From an uncultured archaeon (GTDB taxonomy: Archaea; Asgardarchaeota; Thorarchaeia; Thorarchaeales; Thorarchaeaceae), in NCBI GenBank assembly GCA_964354495.1, contig CAYHAA010000001.1, forward strand, positions 60,001 to 92,000: a DNA stretch of 32,000 nt. Reading direction: 5' to 3'. Made by a program: the position numbers and the translations under genes. A model generated the notes under the pieces. The model made no database searches and had not been told where the DNA came from. It saw nothing but the letters and a program-made list of their open reading frames with translations. This document shows positions 27,084-32,000 of this stretch, piece by piece (positions within the stretch are counted from its first letter, which is position 1; each line of letters starts with the position of its first letter).

Positions 27084-27458
27084 ATGAACGCGCTGAATCC
27101 TTTGGTTGGTCTCTTTCAGAAGAGCTTTGAAAGGCCTTCAGATCTCCTCTGTTGTGCATTTGGGCTCAGGAACAGTGAACTCAATGTATATTTCTCACTA
27201 ATACCCGGGCCCAAGACAGTTGAGCAGATTGCAGAGAGGATTGGAAAGGACAGAAGTTCTGTCCAGAGAGTCCTGAATCGACTCCACTCCAGGGGACTTG
27301 CAGAGCGCAAATCGCACCGAATAGAACGTGGGGGTTATTTCTTCGAATATACTGCAATATCCGCAGACGCAGTCAGAGAACAGATTCTTGCGCGACTGGA
27401 AGACTGGTACAAGGCAACCAGAAGGTTCTTGTTGGAGAGTTGGACGCAGACGCTCTAG
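27084..27458 (+). CDS. COG3355/Lrs14-like archaeal winged-HTH regulator
   Basis: DLLCCAFGL...ELNVYFSL....TVEQIAERIGKDRSSVQRVLNRL...GLAER.....GGYFFEY......L..W. Confidence 0.85.
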   Translation: MNALNPLVGLFQKSFERPSDLLCCAFGLRNSELNVYFSLIPGPKTVEQIAERIGKDRSSVQRVLNRLHSRGLAERKSHRIERGGYFFEYTAISADAVREQILARLEDWYKATRRFLLESWTQTL

Positions 27459-27485
27459 TCAATCCGGAAATTGAGGAGAGAGTCC

Positions 27486-28046
27486 ATGACCTTCTTACCT
27501 ATTAGAAGAAACACAGTTGCACTCACGACCCTAGCTGTCATTGCAGCTCTTGGCATTGTTGTTCGATATACAATCCAGATACCTGTGATACCCAGTGCAG
27601 TTGTTCTGACGCCTGGTTTCATGTTCTCGCTCTTAGGAGGCATTGTCGGTGGACTGCCGGGAGGCATTACAGTCGGAGCAATAGTCGGAGCATCTGGGGC
27701 ACTATCTGGTTCAGAAGTACCACTTCTCCCTATGTTCGGGAATATCTGCCTTGGTATCGGATCTGGCTATGCCATCTATTTCGCCAGGCGTGATAGCATG
27801 AGATACTACTCATTTGTACTACTGGGCGGCGGAATCATCGGTGGTTTCATCCCGACCATGACTGTTTTCTCGTCACTTGTGGATCCCCTTGTCGTCAATC
27901 TGGTGGCGGCAACAATCGACATGATTCAGGCTTTCCTTTGGGCTGCCACGGCTCTTATTGTTGAGAAGAAGATTATCCGTCCCATTGTGGGAACTTACAT
28001 CTACTCTGAAACAAAGACTGAGGAATTAGACAGAAAAGAGGCGTAA
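27486..28046 (+). CDS. ECF transporter S-component-like membrane protein
   Basis: GAGGAG SD. LAVIAALGIVVR..IQIP, LLGGIVGG..GG..VG and about six TM helices. Confidence 0.75.
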   Translation: MTFLPIRRNTVALTTLAVIAALGIVVRYTIQIPVIPSAVVLTPGFMFSLLGGIVGGLPGGITVGAIVGASGALSGSEVPLLPMFGNICLGIGSGYAIYFARRDSMRYYSFVLLGGGIIGGFIPTMTVFSSLVDPLVVNLVAATIDMIQAFLWAATALIVEKKIIRPIVGTYIYSETKTEELDRKEA

Positions 28047-28052
28047 TTCAAT

Positions 28053-28718
28053 ATGACTGGAGCACCCAAAACACGCAAGACTGTGGGAATAGACATACGC
28101 AAGGATCTTTTCGGTGCAAATGACGATGCTGCTGCACTGAACAAGAAGAAGTTCAGAGAACATGGGCTGATTGTATTCGACGTAATGGGCTCGGTCGGGA
28201 CCGGGAAGACTCAGCTAATAGAGGCTATCTGTGAGCGTCTGCGTGGGAAACGTCGAATCTTGATGGTGGCCGGAGACCTTGCAACCACTATTGATGCAGA
28301 TCGGGTCGCCTCTCACATGATTGACACAGTCCAAATCAATACTGGAACTGCCTGCCATCTTGATGCAAGAATGATCCGCGTTGCTCTCGATGATGTTGAC
28401 CTCTCAAAATACGATGTTGTGTTCATTGAGAATGTTGGCAATCTGATTTGTCCAGCAGGTTACTCTCTCGGTGCTGACAAGAAGATAGTCGTTGTTAGCG
28501 TAACTGAGGGGCCTTACATGGTGAGAAAGCATCCTCTCACTATCAAGAGAGCAGACATAGTTGTCATCAACAAGATTGACCTAGCTGACATTCTGGAGTT
28601 CGATATCGACGCACTTGTAAGGGATATTCGCGAAGTAGATGCTGATTTGCCGGTATTCAGAGTGAGTTCGAAAACAGGGGACGGTGTCGATAAACTCCTA
28701 AAGGCTCTAGGTTTCTAG
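28053..28718 (+). CDS. hypB: Hydrogenase nickel-incorporation GTPase HypB
   Basis: GSVGTGKT, DADRV, QINTGTACHLDA (metal-binding CH), ENVGNLICP and NKIDL. Confidence 0.95.
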   Translation: MTGAPKTRKTVGIDIRKDLFGANDDAAALNKKKFREHGLIVFDVMGSVGTGKTQLIEAICERLRGKRRILMVAGDLATTIDADRVASHMIDTVQINTGTACHLDARMIRVALDDVDLSKYDVVFIENVGNLICPAGYSLGADKKIVVVSVTEGPYMVRKHPLTIKRADIVVINKIDLADILEFDIDALVRDIREVDADLPVFRVSSKTGDGVDKLLKALGF

Positions 28719-29389
28719 GACGCGCAGAGTCTATCCAAGGCTGCTTTGACTCCTTGTATGTGGCCCGCCCCGAGCACCACCACAATATTGCCCTTCACGT
28801 CATTAAGGATGAAGTGGAGTGCCTTAGCAACATACAAGTCCCTCTCCTCGATCAAGACTCTGGTGAGACCCGGAAATTCAGTCTGGAACTGCTTCATAAT
28901 ATCCTCAACAGCGCCCTCCTCCTTGAGCATATCTAGCATATGCGAGGCTCCACCGCCTTTGATGTCCTTTGTTGCGTCTGGCAAGATATTTGTCAGTCCA
29001 TAGAGCTCGCTAAGCGGAACTTTCATCATTGCCTGAATCGTTGCTTGCATCGGTCTGTCGACCAGTGCAATCTTCGCTCCGACAGCACGACCTTCTTCAA
29101 TGGCTGCAAGCATCTCATCTCCAATATTCGAGCCGGTCATCTCTCCAAGACTCTTCTCCAAGACTGCCAGTTGTTGCATCAGGTCTTGAGCGCTGTTTCC
29201 TGTCATATGAGAAAGGTCGCTCGTCTGGGCATCAGGAGGATTGACGAGTTGCTGATATCGATCGCGGTCGAGCTCGACTGCTACGACTTCAGGTTTAGTA
29301 TTGCGAACAACCTGTCGTGCATGCTCAACGCTCTCCAAATCCGTGTGAATCACGGAGACGAAGACGATTCGATTTATGTCAGCGACCAC
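28715..29389 (-). CDS. TraB/PrgY/GumN (TIKI-related) domain protein
   Basis: VIHTD..S, PEVVAVELDRDR, GDEMLAAIEEG..VGAKIALVDR, LIEERD and VVVLGAGH. Confidence 0.88.
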   Translation of the reverse strand: MVADINRIVFVSVIHTDLESVEHARQVVRNTKPEVVAVELDRDRYQQLVNPPDAQTSDLSHMTGNSAQDLMQQLAVLEKSLGEMTGSNIGDEMLAAIEEGRAVGAKIALVDRPMQATIQAMMKVPLSELYGLTNILPDATKDIKGGGASHMLDMLKEEGAVEDIMKQFQTEFPGLTRVLIEERDLYVAKALHFILNDVKGNIVVVLGAGHIQGVKAALDRLCAS

Positions 29390-29456
29390 AACGAGTCACG
29401 CTCACAAAATGACGTGCCTACCATCATTTGTTTCTTTTGTAACAGCCACAAATATG

Positions 29457-29468
29457 GTAAACGTTTAC
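29457..29468. promoter_or_regulatory. Perfect 12-bp palindrome GTAAACGTTTAC, candidate operator
   Basis: Lies in the divergent gap between the TraB gene and a wHTH gene. A 9-bp copy (AACGTTTAC) occurs at 31155-31163. Confidence 0.3.
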
Positions 29469-29579
29469 TCCTTTCCACTTGTACCAAGAGGCTTCAGGGG
29501 CTTCAATAGCTGAGGATAAGCTTTTTCACGGACCAAGCGTTTACCACATCTACACGAACCTGCGTGTAGGAGCGAAAGC

Positions 29580-29924
29580 ATGGTACTTGATCTTGATGTT
29601 GCCTTTGTGAAACTTGCTAATCCACGAATGAGTGCTGGTCTAATGGTTCTACATAGCCTTCTGAACAGTCTGAAAGGCGATCCTGTCGAGCCCAGAGAAG
29701 TCCGAAAGACGGTCGACCAGCTTGTGAATGAGCGAAAAGTCTCGAAACAGTCCATAACGAATGCTGCACGGAGACTAGAGGAGGCAAACATAATCGACCG
29801 AAAGGAGAACAAGTATGTGGTCAACTATGGCTATCTCGTTTCTCTCTTGTTGAACACTATGCTCGAGCTCAATGAGCGGATCATCGGATTAGAAGAAGAG
29901 TTGGAATCCATCAAGTCCGCGTAG
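29580..29924 (+). CDS. Small winged-HTH protein with a C-terminal coiled coil
   Basis: VSKQSITNAARRLEEANIIDRKENKYVV followed by heptads LNERIIGLEEELESIK. AGGAG SD upstream. Confidence 0.75.
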   Translation: MVLDLDVAFVKLANPRMSAGLMVLHSLLNSLKGDPVEPREVRKTVDQLVNERKVSKQSITNAARRLEEANIIDRKENKYVVNYGYLVSLLLNTMLELNERIIGLEEELESIKSA

Positions 29925-29932
29925 CAGTCATT

Positions 29933-31111
29933 CTATTCCGCAGGTATCGTCGTAGCCGCCTCATCGAGATCGTTCAGAAACGCGTTGAGAGCCCCCTCAG
30001 TCACATGTGGCATCACGATAAGTCTCAGAGTTGGAGGTATTGGAGACGTAGATACACTCCAACCTTTGGTTTCTAATCTGAGCACTAGTTTGTCCAATGC
30101 CACTTCCTTACTCCTGATTCCAATGATATTCATGACGGGCTCTATTGCAGTCCTCAGCAAAGGATTATTGTTGATACGGTCTCCTGCAATGCGTGTCCTT
30201 CTCATGCATTCTTTCACTATTTCTCGGTACCCTTCCCTGCCAAGATTCTTCATAACAGCCCAGATTGCCAAAATGGATGCCGCGGGTCTGGTCCCGAGGA
30301 TGGTGGCTTGTCTTGAACTTGCCCCCTGCAGGTATGGCACCTTCCGGGTAATGGCTTTTAGAAGCCGCTGCTCCCTGAAGATGATGCACCCTGCAGGAAT
30401 TGGTGCAAGACCCATTTTATGCGGATCAGAACTGATGCTTGTGACTCCTTTCACTTTGAAATCGAACTCGAAATCTGATTCATGAATGTCTTTGAGAAAC
30501 GGCAAGACGAACGCTCCAAAGGCAGCATCAACATGAAGTGGGAGTCCGTGGTCGTGCGCAATTCTGCCTAATTCATCGATAGGATCCACTTGTCCGAGGT
30601 ATGTCGTACCCGCAGTACAGAATATCCCGACTGTATTCTTTGTGATCTTGGACTCTATTGCCCTCGGTATTGCACGATACTCCTTGTCGACAGATGTCTT
30701 GGTCAACTTGACTCCGAGTAACCACGCGGCCTTGTCCACTGAGGAGTGGATGGTTCTGGGTGCTAAGATCTCTGGTCTGGTTGTCCTCTTCGATGACTCC
30801 CTAGCGGCTAGCATTGCTAGTACATTCGATTCTGTCCCCCCTGAGGCCGTCGTGCCAAAGGGTGTATTCAAATTGAGAAGGTCTCCAATCATCGCAATGA
30901 CCTCCTGTTCCACTTTTGCACAGCCCTTGAAAGTATGCATGCGACCAGCATTCTTCTCGAGTGTCCTGGAAAAGACCTCTGCACCAAGACTATGGGGTGT
31001 TGTTGACATGGATGCAACAGGACGTCCTGTCTCATATGTGGCATCATCTGCCAGAAGGGTGTCAAGGCTCTCCAGAACCTTGTCCCTGTCCATTCCCTGT
31101 TCTTCGAACAT
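29933..31111 (-). CDS. mfnA: Group II PLP decarboxylase, MfnA type (tyrosine/aspartate decarboxylase)
   Basis: SGGTESN, AGTTYLGQVDPI, LHVDAAFG, SDPHKMGLAPIPAG and LRLIVMPHV. Confidence 0.88.
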   Translation of the reverse strand: MFEEQGMDRDKVLESLDTLLADDATYETGRPVASMSTTPHSLGAEVFSRTLEKNAGRMHTFKGCAKVEQEVIAMIGDLLNLNTPFGTTASGGTESNVLAMLAARESSKRTTRPEILAPRTIHSSVDKAAWLLGVKLTKTSVDKEYRAIPRAIESKITKNTVGIFCTAGTTYLGQVDPIDELGRIAHDHGLPLHVDAAFGAFVLPFLKDIHESDFEFDFKVKGVTSISSDPHKMGLAPIPAGCIIFREQRLLKAITRKVPYLQGASSRQATILGTRPAASILAIWAVMKNLGREGYREIVKECMRRTRIAGDRINNNPLLRTAIEPVMNIIGIRSKEVALDKLVLRLETKGWSVSTSPIPPTLRLIVMPHVTEGALNAFLNDLDEAATTIPAE

Positions 31112-31232
31112 TGCATCTGCTCCAGATTGGCGAGGCCGGTTTCTTGCAGCGTATAACGTTTACGTATTAAGAAAGTAGTGGTTTGTGTTCATCTTGGGCT
31201 GCGCTTCTAACGCCAAGAAGCAGTCCTGAATC

Positions 31233-32000
31233 TCATTCTTGTCGAGTGCTGAGTCTGCCCACAGCCTCTTTTATCGAATCTAATGCTTCATCGATGGTTT
31301 CCATTGATGTGGCGTAAGAGAACCGCAAGTATCCTTCCCCTCCTGCTCCGAATGCAGTGCCAGGCAGGCATGATACCCCTGCATCATGAAGAAGATAGTG
31401 TGCCATCTTCTTGGACGACATGTGTGTCTTCGTTATGTTTGGCCAGGCATAAAACGCACCTTGAGGTATCTGGCAAGTAATGCCGGGGATTCTGTTCAAT
31501 CCTTCTACGATTCTGTCGCGTCGCTTTCGGAAGACATTAACCATCTCAATTTGGTCTTCTTGAAGTCCCTTGAGGGCAGCGACGCCAGCTCTTTGAATGA
31601 ACTCTGAGGTGCATGTGAATGCGTTAATAATCAGTGTCTCAAGTTTTTCAACGAAAGACCTAGGTCCTATCAGATATCCCAACCTCCAACCTGTCATGGA
31701 ATAGGACTTGGAAAATCCATCCAGTAGGATTGTTCTCTCCTCTGCCTTGTCATAGGACGCCGGTGAGTGAAAATCGCTATCATAGACAAACTTCGAGTAG
31801 ATCTCATCTGACAGAATGAAACAGTCATACTCCTCAGCGATTTTAACGATATCCTCCAATCCCCGTTTTGTCATCACGCTGCCAGTGGGATTGTGAGGCG
31901 AATTCAGTATGATTAGCTTTGTTTTGGAGGAGATTCTATCCGCGATATCTCCAGAGTCCATTTGAAACCCATTCTCCTCTTTGAGTTGAATCGGAATGGA
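31233..32000 (-). CDS. Class I/II PLP aminotransferase (aspartate aminotransferase-like), C-terminal part; 5' end lies outside the window
   Basis: Frame is open to 32000 (SIPIQLKEENGFQMD). NSPHNPTG, SDEIY, GFSKSYSMTGWRLG, GAFY and YLRFSYA. Confidence 0.93.
   Translation of the reverse strand, partial: SIPIQLKEENGFQMDSGDIADRISSKTKLIILNSPHNPTGSVMTKRGLEDIVKIAEEYDCFILSDEIYSKFVYDSDFHSPASYDKAEERTILLDGFSKSYSMTGWRLGYLIGPRSFVEKLETLIINAFTCTSEFIQRAGVAALKGLQEDQIEMVNVFRKRRDRIVEGLNRIPGITCQIPQGAFYAWPNITKTHMSSKKMAHYLLHDAGVSCLPGTAFGAGGEGYLRFSYATSMETIDEALDSIKEAVGRLSTRQE

Noticed and set aside
27486-28046. Annotating the S-component as NikM/CbiM
   Set aside because: It lacks the conserved N-terminal Met-His metal-binding signature.
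29933-31111. mfnA as evidence of methanogenesis
   Set aside because: MfnA-type enzymes also make beta-alanine for CoA in non-methanogenic archaea, and no methanogenesis genes are in the window.
28940-31178. Long plus-strand ORFs 28940-29509, 29985-30485 and 30642-31178
   Set aside because: They are antisense shadows of the TraB and mfnA genes, with no protein-like motifs.
1-32000. CRISPR arrays, tRNA/rRNA genes, IS elements, integrases
   Set aside because: Reading by eye found no regularly spaced repeats, T-loop/cloverleaf patterns, terminal inverted repeats or transposase/recombinase motifs. A tRNAscan or Infernal run would be needed to exclude small RNAs.

Overview
Gene-dense archaeal window. 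The eukaryote-like ESCRT genes, longin protein, TFB, DGGGP synthase and family-B1 polymerase point to an Asgard archaeon. Thorarchaeia is a guess, based on the lack of ubiquitin genes at the ESCRT locus. The centrepiece is a five-gene ESCRT locus (8905-14013) with vps25, vps4, one CHMP1-3/Vps2-24-46-like ESCRT-III gene and two unusual architectures. The first is a Vps22/36 (EAP30) subunit with an N-terminal ESCRT-I headpiece hairpin resembling the Vps28 N-terminus. The second is a 536-aa protein with three predicted Zn sites, a coiled coil, a GRAM/GLUE-like PH domain and a C-terminal Vps23/TSG101-type steadiness box, but no UEV domain. Together they suggest a ubiquitin-independent ESCRT pathway with ESCRT-I covalently tied to ESCRT-II. 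Other notable items are a half 'methanogenesis marker 9' Cys domain fused to a zinc ribbon, a longin-domain protein, a Zn-ribbon/Yip1 protein, an orphan SPPY-type DNA methyltransferase and an HTH-ECF S-component-hypB unit. The rest is housekeeping (polB1, aspS, argS, tldD/pmbA, tfb, endonuclease IV, Trm11-like, mfnA, aminotransferases). I saw no rRNA, tRNA, CRISPR array or transposase. All family calls come from motifs read by eye and reference sequences recalled from memory; no database search was run.
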